A program made the position numbers and the translations under genes. Below are positions 11,589 through 23,920 of a stretch of DNA of 64,000 nucleotides, piece by piece (the stretch's first letter is position 1; every line of letters starts with the position of its first letter). Under the pieces are notes generated by a model. That model did not search any database, was not told the origin of the DNA, and saw only the letters and a program-made list of their open reading frames with translations. This DNA comes from Zygnema circumcarinatum SAG 698-1b (taxonomy: Eukaryota; Plantae; Zygnematophyceae): contig CM074818.1 of NCBI GenBank assembly GCA_037447605.1, positions 1,376,617 through 1,440,616 on the forward strand, given 5' to 3'.

Positions 11589-12357
11589 TGTTGGTAATTC
11601 CATCGTGGAACTACCCTCTACAGAGTCGCCTCCACTCTGTTGCTGAGTCGTAGACATCTTCGCAGCAGCCGTTCACGAAAGGAAAGCTCAAGACAGATGT
11701 ATGACTAGAACACAAAGGTAGAGAAAGCCCCACCGGGCATAAAACTCTGATTTTCTTTGGAGGTGAAGTACAACAGATTCAAGCAGCCCCAGGCCGCTTA
11801 ATGCAGCTTGCACTACCCCACTTCCTATTTCCCAAGACTAGCAGCACTATTCCTCTCCTTAACTACAGGCTCGGCCTCAGCTCGCTACACGCCCCTAATG
11901 GCATGTGTTATGAGGTTAATCTATCAATGCAGCTGAGCAGCTTTAAGTAGTCGCGGCAGCAGGTGACCTGAGTCACCTCTGCCAAGGCAAGGGCTACAGC
12001 GTAGGGGACGCGGCGACGCTCGCCGTTAGTCCCCTTCGCCTCTTTTGGAGCTTTCCCTACCGCTGCCGCCTCCTTTCGCGCGGGGCCGCCGCTACCGAAA
12101 TGCTATATATTCCGTCAAGGTGGGCGGTTCAAGGTCCGTACAGTTTCCGAACTTGACGACTACGCCCACTCGCTCAAGGCCACCATGGGCCAGACTTACG
12201 CCTCATACGTCCTATATGTCGATTCACACCCCACTGCGGCCGCATACCAACGCTTCGATTTGCATCAGAACTTGTCACGTCACATCTGTTCGCGCGACCA
12301 GCCTTGTCGCTTGATGTTCGTGTCTAGTTCATTATCCTCTAGAGACTATGCGCCAAC

Positions 12358-14305
12358 TGTTAGTGTACATAGTTAGTTCAGATTAGCATGTTTGTGTTGG
12401 CGCTTAGTTCCTAGGGGTGTGCTTCTAGGTGTGACATGTATGGGGACGGACTTACTTCAGCGTGCGCGCGGCGGCGAGACCGACCGCGCAACCGTACGGA
12501 TAGTATGGACCGTACGGTCGGTACGGTCGGTACGGACAGTACGGCCGGGAGTCCGACATTTGGTACCGCGCCGAGGAATCGGTCCTGGCGTACGGAATCG
12601 TGGACTGATCTTTGGCTGGTCGGATGAGTCAGTGAGGCCCTACTTCGCGTCTGGGAAGATGAATCTTGTGGGTGGCCCGGCGGGAAGTTCCAGCTGGCGG
12701 TAGAGTACATGGCCATCTGGGTTTGAGAGGTGGTGTTGTTACGTTGCCAGGCTGGGTGTACTATGCAGAGCAAGACACGAAGTAGTTTATTTAGGTTGTT
12801 TGAATAAGGTTGTTGCATGCATGTGCCTGGCGTGTGTGACGTGACATTGTCACGTCACAGCCCCATACTATATAGTAAGAGTGGGTGTGTAAGTTAGCAA
12901 CCTTCTTGATATGCATTGCAAGGCTATGGCAGTTTGAAGGCATGGCTTTGGCAACAGGAGGTGGACTCCGTGAGGGAGCTCCGTGTGTGGAGAGTCAGCC
13001 TCACGCGGAAGGTGAAGTGATCATGTGGGTGAAAAGCTTGACTAGGCTTATGGGGGCTTGAGTTGCAAAAGCTTGTCATCATAAAGGAGTTTTAGGCTGT
13101 TTCTCCCATGTTTTTCTATTCACTGTATGCTGTGTATGCACGTGAGTGAAAAATGAGTGAGAGTGCCGTATGCACCGAGGGGAAGCTCTGGCTTGGACGC
13201 TGAAGAGGGAGAAAGGGTGGAAGGTGACTTGAGCCATCCCTCTCCGCCTCTCACAAGTGGTAATGTGAGCTCATGGTGAAGAGGAAACCGCTAGTGTGTG
13301 GAAGTTTAATGTCCCCAAGATTTGATGGGACAGACTACAAGGGATGGAAGCGGGCGGCCGACCCCATACTCTTGAAGGGAAGGGACTTCTTGGTCATGGG
13401 ACCGAAGGTGAAGGCGCCGGGCCGCTACATCCGTGGAGGAGCTTGCAGCGGGAAGGCCTCGACAATGTACCGTCCACCTACTGCAATGAGTGAAGGGGAC
13501 GCCACACATGCTCTACGACCTCAGCACGTCACACGAGATGTGGAAGAGTTTGGAGGACATGTACGATGCGAAGGACAGCGTCACAGAGGTGCACCTGTAC
13601 ACGGAGCTCGGGAAGATGAAGAAGAGCTTGGATGAGAAGCCGATCGAAAGTACATGGGGCGCTTCTTTGACAGCTCCCATGCGCCGCTTCAAGCGGTGAT
13701 GGGCAGTGGTCTGAGTCGATCATAAGATCACCAGTTTTGGTTGGTTTGCCCGGGCCAAGCTTTGACGCACATGCAGCTCGGTCAGCTCTACCACTTTTCT
13801 TTGGATCTCTTTGAGCGGTGAAGAAGCGGGATTCAGGAAGAGTGACGTTCTTCATGACGATCCGATGCGAGTGAGAGCGCGGTTGGCGCGAAGGGAAGCC
13901 TTTGGGAAAGGCAAGGCGAAAGGAGGAGGTGGCGGAGATCGTCCCAAGGGGACATGCGTCACTTGTGGGAAGCCAGGTCACTACTCCAACGAGTGCCGTT
14001 CCGGCAAGGCGGCCCAAGTGAAGGGAGGAGACGCCAAGACGAAGTCGAGCAAGAAGGAGTTCACAGGCGCTTGCTTCAAGTGCAAGAAGAAGGGTCACAA
14101 GAGCATTGATTGCAGAAGTGCTGCTACTGATACAAACCTGATGTTTGCCGAGAAGGAGCATGTGGAGTTTGTGGGGAGAATGTGTGAAGGACCCGAGAAG
14201 CCATGGCTCATTGATTCAGGGGCGTCGACGCACATGTGTGCAGACTGGGGGTTGTTCTACGAGATGAGATCGCTCCAGGCCCCTCGTTCAGTTCAGTCAG
14301 CGACC
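12358..14305 (+). mobile_element. Second Copia element (Copia-2), 5' part, inserted in the 3' LTR of Copia-1
   Basis: LTR 12358-13255 (TGTTAG..CTCACA, TATATA at 12869); PBS-position TGGTAATGTGAGC at 13258; gag (FDGTDYKGWK; SHEMWKSLEDMY), two CCHC knuckles (CVTCGKPGHYSNEC, CFKCKKKGHKSIDC) and protease WLIDSGASTHMC; ends at gap 14306. Confidence 0.8.
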
Positions 14306-14315
14306 NNNNNNNNNN

Positions 14316-15400
14316 CGAACCGTAGTCCATAATGGGATGTCCCTTTTAGATATCGAAAGATTCTCTTGACTGCCTCCCAATGCTTAGCCCCTGGATTCTC
14401 CATGTACCTGGAAGCCGTACTGACTGCTTTCGCCAGATCCGGGCGCGTTCCCACCATAAGGTACATTAGGCTGCCGATGGCAGACCTGTACGGAGTACTC
14501 GCCATGTCCCGCGCCTCCGCCTCCGTCTGAGGGCTCATGTCCCGGCTGAGCTCCGTGCTGCCGTCCATGGGAGTGGAGCATGGTGAACATTTGTCCATGT
14601 TGAACTTCGCCAAGACCTCCTTGGCGTACTTCTCCTGGCAGAGGAACAAGCTATCGTCTCTCCCCCTCTTAAGCTGGATGCCGAGAAGGTATTCCGCAGG
14701 GCCGAGATCTGACATCTGAAAATTCTGCTTTAGAAGGTCTTTGAGACCCTGAATGCTCTTCATGGAGGAACTCACAATGATGAGGTCATCTACATAGATA
14801 CCTACAAACATTTGTGCGTCTCCCTCCCCTTGCGTGTACACCGAGTGGTCGGCGTTGAAGCGCGTGAAGCCATTCTTGATGAGCAGTTCGTGGATTTTCT
14901 GGTACCAAATTCTCGGCGCTTGTTTCAGCCCATACAGGCTCTTGACAAGTCTGCATACGAGGTGCTCTGCTCCTGGTTCAACCGTTCCCTCCGGTTGCTG
15001 CATGTAGATCTCCTCCTCGAGATCTCCATAAAGAAATGCCGCTTGATGTCCACTGGTGGATCGCATCCCTTCGTCTCACAAGATCAAATCACGCGCCAAG
15101 CAGCGAGTTGAACTTCTGCTGACTACACGTGCAAAGGCTCGTAATAGTCGATTCCACTTCGCGGCGAAACCTTTCGCCACTAGCCGTGCCTTGAACCTAT
15201 CTACACTCTATCCGGATTCGCTTGACTTGGGACTCCACTTGCGTACCATTGTCTTTAAGGCCCTGGGGGCAGCTCTAGCCGCCACATGTCCCATTCTCCT
15301 TAAGACTATTCAGCTCGCTATCTATGGCGACTCTCCACTTCGCTGCGTCCGCTCCATCTAATGCGTCGGAATAGGTAGGCGGCTCCTCGAAATGTGCCAT
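14316..15400 (-). pseudogene. Copia-1 reverse transcriptase (degenerate)
   Basis: RFKARLVAKGF, AFLYGDLEEEIYMQQPEG, KSLYGLKQAPR, YVDD, YRSAIGSLMYLMVGTRPDL. Confidence 0.9.
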
Positions 15401-16010
15401 AAGGCAAAGTGCCATTCCTGTGAAGTCGGCTGAGTCAAGGGGTACCTTTTCTGGGTTACCCCTCGGCCTCTTCCCCCTCTGAGTCCATGGGTTCCTTGGA
15501 CCGAAGTCCCCGTATTTCACAGGCTTGTTCCTGGGCCTCCAAGGTGGTTTTGTCCCGTAGTTGGGTGTAAACCCCTTCGCGTTGGCATACAGGGGTGGGT
15601 CCATCCCATGCCGCGGTACCCATTTGGGTTGTCCCTGCGCAGTAGGGAGCTCCTCCGCTTCATCTTCAGTGATGTCTTGATCGTTGTCAGTATCGGACAG
15701 GTTGTCATCGGGCTGTTCCTCCGGGAATGCCGATTCGGGCGCTACCTCCTGAAAGGCCTCTTCTCCACGTTGCGGTGACACCGAGCGCCGAGGTGGGTTC
15801 TGGTCCGTTGGGTCGAGGGGGAAGGACGCTGGTGGGGGCAGATCCTCACCTCCCGCACATCCTCACCGAGAAATTCTATGGTCGGAGCTGCTCCACTGAA
15901 CCGCTATGCCGCGCCTCCTTCTTGCTTTCCTCAACCAGAAGGTCGCTGACCGGGTCGACCTTCTCCTCGTGGACCCGATTCCATGTTTATAAGTCAAACC
16001 TGGCCGGGCG

Positions 16011-16760
16011 CTAGAAGCAAGGGAAGTAGTCAATTCTCCTCTCGGGATCAACTTCGTCAGTTCCCGCTGTTCTCGAATCGCTAGCCAAGATGGCGCAGCC
16101 TAATACTCGTGGGTGCTGAATTGTGGGCTTTCTCCCACTCCACATCTCCTCCGGTACTTTCCTGTGATCCTTCAGGGCGCTGGAGGGACATCTGTTCCGG
16201 ATATAGGCCGCCGTGAGGATGGCTTCTCCCCAAAAATTTAAAGAGAAGGGTGACTCACTTAACATCGACCGTGTCATGTCGCCGAGGGTACGGTTCACTC
16301 TTTCCGCTGCTCCGTTGCTCTGTGGGCTGTACGGGGCCGTGAACTCGTGTCGGATCCCAAGGGACTTGAGATATTCAGAGAATTGGAGGGATTTATATTC
16401 TCCCCCATTATCCGTCCGGAATCTCTGAATCCTCTCGCCGGACTGCCTTTCTACCTCTGTCTGCCAAGTACGAAAGGTGTCGAATGCGTCGCTCTTGTGC
16501 GTCAGGAGCACAACCCAGATCTTCCTTGAGTAGTCATCAAGGAATGTGATGAAGTACCTTGATCCTCCCTTCGATTCCGGAGTGATCGGTCCACAGATGT
16601 CGCTGTGAACGAGCTCCAACCTCCGTGTCGCGCGGAATGCCTTTGCGCCGTGGGTCGTGAAGGGGTGACGATGGGTCTTGCCTACCGCGCAGTCGGGGCA
16701 GACTTCTCCCATTTTCGAGAGCGTCGTGAGGGGAAAACCTCGACGCAGGCTCAGCGTCGC
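16011..16760 (-). pseudogene. Copia-1 integrase core
   Basis: CPDCAVGK, LVHSDICGP, FLDDYSR, FRTDNGGEY, APYSPQSNGAAERVNRTL, FWGEAILTAAYIRNR. Confidence 0.9.
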
Positions 16761-17000
16761 GAAGGGCCCCGCATCATCAGACGGTACGTGCCCGTCGACG
16801 GGTGCCATTGTCGGGCTGACTCGGAGGCCGTGTGTGACTCGAGTCCCCATTGAATGCCGACTTTACCGCCTCGAGAAATTTCGCGCTACGCTCGCCGCCC
16901 TTGGCGGGCTGGCCTATGACCGCCGACCGCGACCGGGTGGTGGAGTGCAGTATCAATCGCATTCGCGCCATTGTCGCACCGCTTCCCCGTGGCAATTGCG

Positions 17001-18519
17001 TCAATCCTCCCGCTGCTGAACCGCTGATGTAGAGTTGAGAGTTCGAGGCGTGCTATCGGAAGCGGCCACCGAGACTCCCCCATCGCGCTTGCTGCCCTCA
17101 GCTCGCGCGGATGCTACTAGTTCCCGTTTTACCGGACTCCAGTCTAGGTAGTAAAGTCCTCCCCGCTGGGTCCCTCGACACAGGATTTTTCTAGTTTTTT
17201 TATGCACTATTTTGCAGGTATTCTGCCTAAATATCCCCTCATATCCGCTCCCGCAGATCTGACTAACCGAAAAGAAGTTATTTCTAAGGGTTGGGGTGTG
17301 CAATACGCTACCAATCCTGATTTGGGAAGCTGTTCCTTCACCGCATGGTGACAGCTGGACTACTCCTCCTTGTGTAACAGCGATCTGGTCTCCCGTGGCT
17401 GACGTCACCGCTCGTGACTCATCCAGCATCTGCATGTGAGAAAATAGAGACTTGTCGCTGCACATGTGCTTAGAAGCACCTGAGTCTATAAGCCACGGCA
17501 GATAATCAGAATAGTCAATTTCATTAACTGAAATTTGATTTACAAATGCTGCGTGCTTTGCTTCACTAGCCGACAGACTCGCGCTCATCTGGGCGGCTAC
17601 ATCTGCCGTGCAGTTCCGCGCCATGTGTCCCGGCTGTTTGCACTTGTAGCAGATGATCTCCTTGCCTTTGCCTTTGCCGTCCTTCTTGGGTGCGCTCGGG
17701 GTCGGTACGTTGCCCTGGGCAGCCTTCTTGGTTCGACATTCGGCTTCAAGGTGACCTTTGCGTTTGCAAAGTTGCAAAGTCGCCGGCAAGCCCACTATTC
17801 TTCAGGCTCCGCTGGTCGACGCCATCACGCCATCCCATGGACTTTTCCCTTTGATCGTGTTTCTCCTCCGCTTCACCGCATTATCACTTCCCGCGCGGGG
17901 TAAGCTGGATGTTTGACCTGTTAAGAGTTTTCAGGGAGTTGATAGTTGATGCAAACCGGCTCGGCAAACCTCGGAGAAAGCTCACAATCTGATGATCCTG
18001 GATGATAGGCTGCCTGGCGATAACGAATTTCGCCATCAGTTCGTCGAAGCATATCACGTATGTAGTCAACTCCTCGGTCTGGGCCATCTTCATTTGCATC
18101 AGCTCATCGTAGAGCTCGAATTTGATGGTGATGTCGATGACGTCGTAGATGTTGGCGAGCTTCTGCCACATTTCGTAGGCGGACGTAAGCTCCCGAAGCA
18201 TCTTGGCAGGGTTCCCTCTGACGCTTGAGGCGATGAGCAGCCTCACTTGAGCGTCCTTCATCGTCCACGTTGATAGCTCGTCGGCAGTCATGGGCGAATC
18301 AGCAGTCGGCGGCTTGACGGTCCCGTTCACGTACTTGACCACATTCTTGGTCTGCAAAAGGGTCATCATGTGCCACCGCCAGTCCTTGTAGTCAGTACCT
18401 TTGAAGATAGGAATAGTATGCCGAATGTCTCCATCAGCTCTGATACCACTTGTTGGTAATTCCATGGTGGAACCACCCTCGACAGAGTCGCCTCCACTCG
18501 GCTCTTGAGTCGTAGACAT
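17001..18519 (-). pseudogene. Copia-1 gag-protease-GAG-pre-integrase (frameshifted near 17800-17880)
   Basis: IPIFKGTDYKDWR, AYEMWQKL, FLRGLPSRF, CYKCKQPGHMARNC, WLIDSGASKHMC, GGLYYL. Confidence 0.88.
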
Positions 18520-19937
18520 CTTCGCAGCAGCTGTTCGCGAAAGGAAAGCTCAAGACAGATGCAAGACAAGAGACGTCAAGATAGAGAAAGCCCCACCGGG
18601 CATAAAACTCTGATTTTCTTTGGAGGTGAAGTACAACAGATTCAAGCAGCCCCTGGCTGCTTAATGCAGCTTGCACTACCCCACTTACTATTTCCCAAGA
18701 CTAGCGACTATTCCTCTCCTCTTAACTACGTGCTCGGCTCACCGCTACACGCCTCTAATGGCATGTGTTATGAGGTTAATCTATCAATGCACCGAAGCGT
18801 GTGCCTTTTAAGTAGTCGCTGCCAGTGTGACCTGAAAGTCACCTCGCTGGCGCGGGTAAGGGGTTGGCGCGTAGGGACGCCGCTGCCGTTAGTCCCCTTT
18901 TGAGCTTTCCCCGCCGCTGCTGCTCTTCGCCAAGGCCGCCGCCGGGCCTCGAAGTCGCTATTCCGGGCCAAGGTGGGCGGGTTCGCTGGCCCCGCATAGC
19001 TTCCTAACTTGACGCACCAAGGCTACCACTGCTCAAGGCCGCCATAGTCGGTAGACTTAGCGCCTTCAAGGCGCTCGCTGCCTCGATATGTCGATTCAAG
19101 GCCCAGCGCCGCCATAATTCGCTTTCAGACGGGTACTGTAATCCCTGTCACGTCACTGCTCGCGCCACCGCCCTTGTCGCTGATGTTTGTGCCCGCCTAT
19201 TATCCTCTGCAGACTATGCGCTAACAACGCTGTAACGCCTCTACCTCGCATAACATAGGGATCCCACTTCGCCAATCGCTGCCTCGCCTCGGCGTCCCTA
19301 CTGTAGTTTAAGTGTGCCATCCGGCTTTGGTGGCAAAACGGCCGGGCTGGCCCAAGGTCCTTCTCCGGGTTCCATCAATCCGGCAGCCACATTCTCGTCG
19401 ATCTGTCTTTCGACATCGGCCTGCTGAGCAGCGGAAAAGCGATAAGGGGTCATGGTCATCACTGGAGGGGAATCCCCCGTATCGATGTGATGCTCAATCA
19501 GGTGGGTCTTGCCGATGTCGAGTGAATGACGTGCAAAAACTAGGTGATTGCGGCGCAGCACTTGGCGCAATTGAGAATGCGTTTTGATTGGGTCTCTGAG
19601 AGTACCGCTGCCCCAATCGACCGACTTTCTATCTCCGCCTACCTTCTTCATCACCGATGGTCTGCGGGCGGAAAGCTGTTTTATCATCTATGGGTGCGTC
19701 TTCCGGGTCTCATGCTATCGTAGGGCTGGACCCGAGGGAGCGTGGAGTGGGAGTCTCATCCGGTATCGTAATTCGGCGCAACTATTGGGGAAGAACGGGA
19801 CCGGCCGCACAGATGATACATGTTGATCTCTCGGTAGGGAGACCTCGCGCCGCGGGCGTCGTTTGGGAAGCGGAGGTGGCAAGGGACTCAAGGATGATGG
19901 GGAAGGAGTAATCTGTCCCGCCAGCAGATAAGTGCAA

Positions 19938-20250
19938 CTAACACGTAGAAAAGTCGATCTGTGCCCCCATTGCAATGAGCCAATCTGAGCCAAGCAGGAT
20001 AGAATAATGCTCAGCGGCTGTGATGACCGCATTCACCGTGGCTCCCATCTCTCCAAGGCTGATGATCACCTGGGCACTGCCCAAACCTTCATGTAGACTC
20101 CCCTCAACCCCCACATATCTGGGGATGGGTTCGAGTGACTTGTCCAACTTAACACTTGCAGCCTTCATCACTGGTTTAGACAGAACTGTGCGCATAGCTC
20201 CAGTGTCGATCATGGCCTTGCTGGGATGACCGTTCAGCCATACATTGACA
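19938..20250 (-). pseudogene. Gypsy aspartic protease
   Basis: AMIDTGAMRTVLS ... ILLGSDWL retropepsin signature. Confidence 0.8.
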
Positions 20251-22744
20251 ATGATTCGCGACGCTGGGTGTTGGGATCGTACGTGAGGACATGAATCAAG
20301 TAGGAGGCCGGGCGGGAGAGCTTAACTGGTCTCGAAGAGTGGGCGCTGCTACGCTGGGTGTATATTCACGGCTGTGGGATGTCCCGGGAGAGTAAGTTGC
20401 TGGGAACTGTGAGGCCGCAGGTGGCCTCTCGCTACTGCCGGCCAGCTTATTTAACGACGCTGCAAAGACTGGAACCGTAATCAATCGCGGACAAGGTAAT
20501 TCGATCTTAGCCTTGTCCCCATGAGCCGATGAACCATGCCATCAGGATAGGCCATCCGGGTCGGGAGGAGGTCACGATCGGGCCGCTGGGGTAGAAACGG
20601 CCGCCTGCTGAGGGCGAGCGGGGAGGGTTCACGCGGTATTTTTCCGCCACCGGGCGCCGTCGGCCTGCCGTAAGCTGCCGGCTCCTACTAGTGAGATCGC
20701 AAGGCTTCCTCGTGCATGGATCCTGCGATGACCCGTGGAAGGAGGGAGGACGGAAGTTCTCCTGACAGGGGGGGTAACCGGTGGAGCAGTGCCAGAGGAG
20801 CTGGCGCCGTTGACATTGGCAGGGAGGAATGGCAGGGGATGCGAATGAGGATCACTCTGGTTCACAGGGAGCCTGCGCAAGGCCGCTGCAATCTGTGCGA
20901 TACGGGCTTGAGCACCCTCCTCAGAATTGATGGGGGATTCAGACCAAGCCGGTTGCAATGCTGCGGCAATCGGCGCAGTGCGTGCGCGGGCAGCCAGATC
21001 GGACTCGGCCCCTAAGGCGTTTGTCAAGGAAGGGGACTCCATAGGATGCAGATGAATCGGCGGTCGTTGCAAGATGGTATAAGAGGGTGGAGGAGGTGGA
21101 TGAGGGCGAAAGGGGGGAGGAGTTCTCAATAGTGGGTGAGCAGCCGGGAGCATGTCCATGAAAGTGATCTCTGCAGGAGAGCTCCCTGCAGCTGCATCCT
21201 TCCCCTTTCGGGCTTTCTCACTGGAGAGTCTCCGCATGCATACACGGGCATCATGTCTCGTGATCCGCGTATGCGTGTCCATGGTCCACAAATAGCCTCG
21301 TTATGATCTCAGGCCGGCAGCTAGACAAACGCCTTCGGGAACCCCCTCGCTTTGTCATCCGACGGGCGCAATCGGGCTCCCCGGGTGCTCTCGGTGTGCC
21401 ATCGGGATAAGGACCCCGAGCACCGGACGAGAAAACATCGGGTATGTGAGAGGATCTCACCGTTGCCTACCGGATGCAGGATCAGAGGGCGGCGGAGAAG
21501 GGGAAGGAGCTTGGTCGTGCTGGCGGTAGCCGCAGGCCGCACTTCACGTGGCTGCCCCTGACGCCCCAGCAAGTGATGCCGTGAGAAAGACGTGCTTGTT
21601 CCCCGGAAGCGCTAAGCGTAGCGATCATACAACCGCCGACTCGGGTCTCGTGAATTGCCGATATAGTCGCATCCCTCGACGGATCAAAGAGTATGCATTC
21701 ATGTAAGTGTGGGACTGACATGCCTGGGCTGCTCTCTGATCTTTCGGAATTTGCTCTTCCAATTTCTAACAAAGCCCGGGCATCTAACGGGAAGCCGTCG
21801 AGCAGCTCACGCATCCGTGAAGATCTTTCGCCGGCGGCTCCGGCGTAACCACCGGAGAACCTCTCGAAAGTCAGGTGTTCTCATCGATTTGCCAGCGCGC
21901 ACAAAAACGCCCGCTGAATTCAAATGTACCCCGGCCATCACTATAGCACTCTATGTAGCTTAAGCTTCCGCTCAGCACGCTGATCGATCTGAAAATCCAG
22001 CGCTGTTCAAAGCCCGCTTGAATGTGTCCCTGTCGTGGTGCCGCATCGGCGTCCTTTTAGAAAGCGCTTTCGGGATGCCTTCCAATTGATCGCTTTCCTT
22101 CCGGGCCACCCAAGGGCTAGCTTGATCCACCGTCCTCTTTTCAGTTCCGCTATACGCTTTCTCCTCAAGATGTCTCGCCCAGGCTTCGTGATCTTCCCCG
22201 CTCGTGAATCCTCTTCAGTGATGATGCCCGCGGTATCTCTCACCTCTACTCTTTTCAGAATCATGGCTACCGGGCTTTGTCATCATCTCTTCTGCATCCG
22301 GCCGGGAACCTCGTGACAAACGCAGGTGCTTCTCCCGCGCAGTTGGTGCGCGCGAAGCCGGAGGGTCCTGCGACGCCCCGCCCTGCCCCCGGCCGCCGCC
22401 TCGGGCTGCCGGATGGTTAAGTTGTGAACGCCGAGGTGAGGGTGTTCTCTCGGCGTAATCCCCCGGTTGCAGACTGCGCGGTCACCGCCAGGCCGGGAAG
22501 GGACTCCCTCGGTGCAAAGAGTTATCCCATTGAGATCCCGGTTCGCCTCGTGGGCCGCAGGGGGATCTCGTGTTCAACGGAATCCCTCTCTTCACGGCAT
22601 CCGGGCGTCGCGGATACAAAGAATCGGGCAAGCCGCCAACTCTGATCATCTCAGCAAGGTATATCGCCAAATAACCTATGGCCATCAATGCGCTTCAGAT
22701 GGGAGTCGCCGCAGCTTCTTCACAATCGACTGACCGCTTCAAGG

Positions 22745-23214
22745 TGTAGCGAAACGCTATACATGGGTTGTATGGCCGAGTACTTACATCCGCGGTTGCC
22801 TTTTAATGGTAAAGCACTGGTGTGGGTACCGGGAGGTCCTGAGTTCGAACCCTGCTGCAGGCAGGTTCGTTACATTGGTATCAGAGCCAAGGGCCCGGTA
22901 TTTGCAATCCACCCCAAAAACACCGTGATCTCCGAGCATGGTACGGATTGACTGGGTCCAGGCAGTCAACTATGACCAGAGTGTCTGAGGCCGTATATTT
23001 GGGCATGTGTTGAAGGAGCTTGAACGCTGCTCGTGAAAAACCTTGACTGCGCTCGAGGACGAGCCCGGTTTAGGTGGGGAGGAATGTAGCGAAACGCTAT
23101 ACATGGGTTGTATGGCCGAGTACTTACATCCGCGGTTGCCTTTTAATGGTAAAGCACTGGTGTGGGTACCGGGAGGTCCTGAGTTCGAACCCTGCTGCAG
23201 GCAGGTTCGTTACA
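22745..23214 (+). mobile_element. TRIM (470 bp) with tRNA-derived LTRs (Helenus/Cassandra-like, Pol III-type)
   Basis: Apparently identical 130-bp LTRs 22745-22874 and 23085-23214 (TGTAGC..GTTACA); PBS TGGTATCAGAGCC 22876-22888; PPT AGGTGGGGAGGAA 23072-23084; exact 5-bp TSD CAAGG (22740-22744, 23215-23219); no ORF. Confidence 0.95.
22791..22864 (+). promoter_or_regulatory. tRNA-like Pol III internal promoter in TRIM LTR (second copy 23131-23204)
   Basis: D-arm CTTT-TAATGGT-AAAG (A-box-like), anticodon-like stem CTGGT/ACCGG, variable GAGGTC, B-box GAGTTCGAACC (22841-22851). TGGGT..GAGGTCC(T/C)GAGTTCGA resembles tRNA-Pro; T- and acceptor stems are degenerate, so not a functional tRNA. Confidence 0.75.
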
Positions 23215-23920
23215 CAAGGTAAGCCAAACTGGGATACGGGTTCTCTTCTGTGATGCCCATCTTTAGTCTTTCTCTGACTGCTTCTTCCTCTGGGTCTGAA
23301 TCCGTCCTTGGATTTCCGATCGTCTGATCTTCTTGAAGTCCCAAGTCTTCATCTGAAAACTCATGAAGATCTGTTTGTCCCTCTTGCTGCAGCTCTTCAT
23401 CCATGGCGGCCGTGACATGCAGTCATGCAGATCTACAGAGCCTCACGTATCGGCGTACGTGGATTCCGCCACAAACCTTCGCCCGGAGTACCAAGATGGG
23501 TTGCGGGAGACCGCCGAAGAAGTCGCGCGTCGTGACGCCACTCGCGCTGGCCCGGTGGCCAAACCGGCGGTAAGCGGCCGTTGGTGTGCCGCGGGGTTTG
23601 TCTGGCAGCACATGTTGCGGATCCTGGATTCGAGGTACGCCGCAGCGAAGACGCAGGGATCCCCTAAGATGTACCCCACCCGGGCGGGCCGACTCGATGC
23701 GCAGCAGCCCCTTCCTTTGTGCCTTCTTCCCCGGCCCTCTCTTCTCGGCTATCTTCCTCGCTAGACTTCTAGTTATCATCGGTCATTGGGAGGAGTGTAA
23801 GGTGATATCACAAGATGGTACTGTACAAATACCAAACAAAAAGTGTAACAGGGACCACCAGCATAAAGGTTGTTTAGAAATTCTCACCCTCACCACGACG
23901 GGTCGGGATCGCCATTACAA

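Larger units (their letters stand above)
11589..19255 (-). mobile_element. Ty1/Copia LTR retrotransposon (Copia-1) inserted in the Gypsy RT gene
   Basis: LTRs 11589-12357 (interrupted) and 18451-19255 (TG..CA); 5-bp TSD TAGGG at 11584-11588 and 19256-19260; tRNA-iMet PBS (TGGTATCAGAGC, minus strand, 18437-18448). Domain order gag, Zn knuckle, protease (WLIDSGAS), integrase (HSDICGP, RTDNGGEY, NGAAERVNRT), RT (YVDD). Several frameshifts. Confidence 0.92.

Noticed and set aside
16760-17120. Captured gene fragment between Copia GAG-pre-integrase and integrase
   Set aside because: The spacing is longer than usual but frameshifted and unrecognisable; cannot be distinguished from decay.
22791-22864. 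Functional tRNA gene
   Set aside because: T-stem and acceptor stem do not pair and the anticodon loop is irregular; it is an LTR-embedded tRNA derivative.
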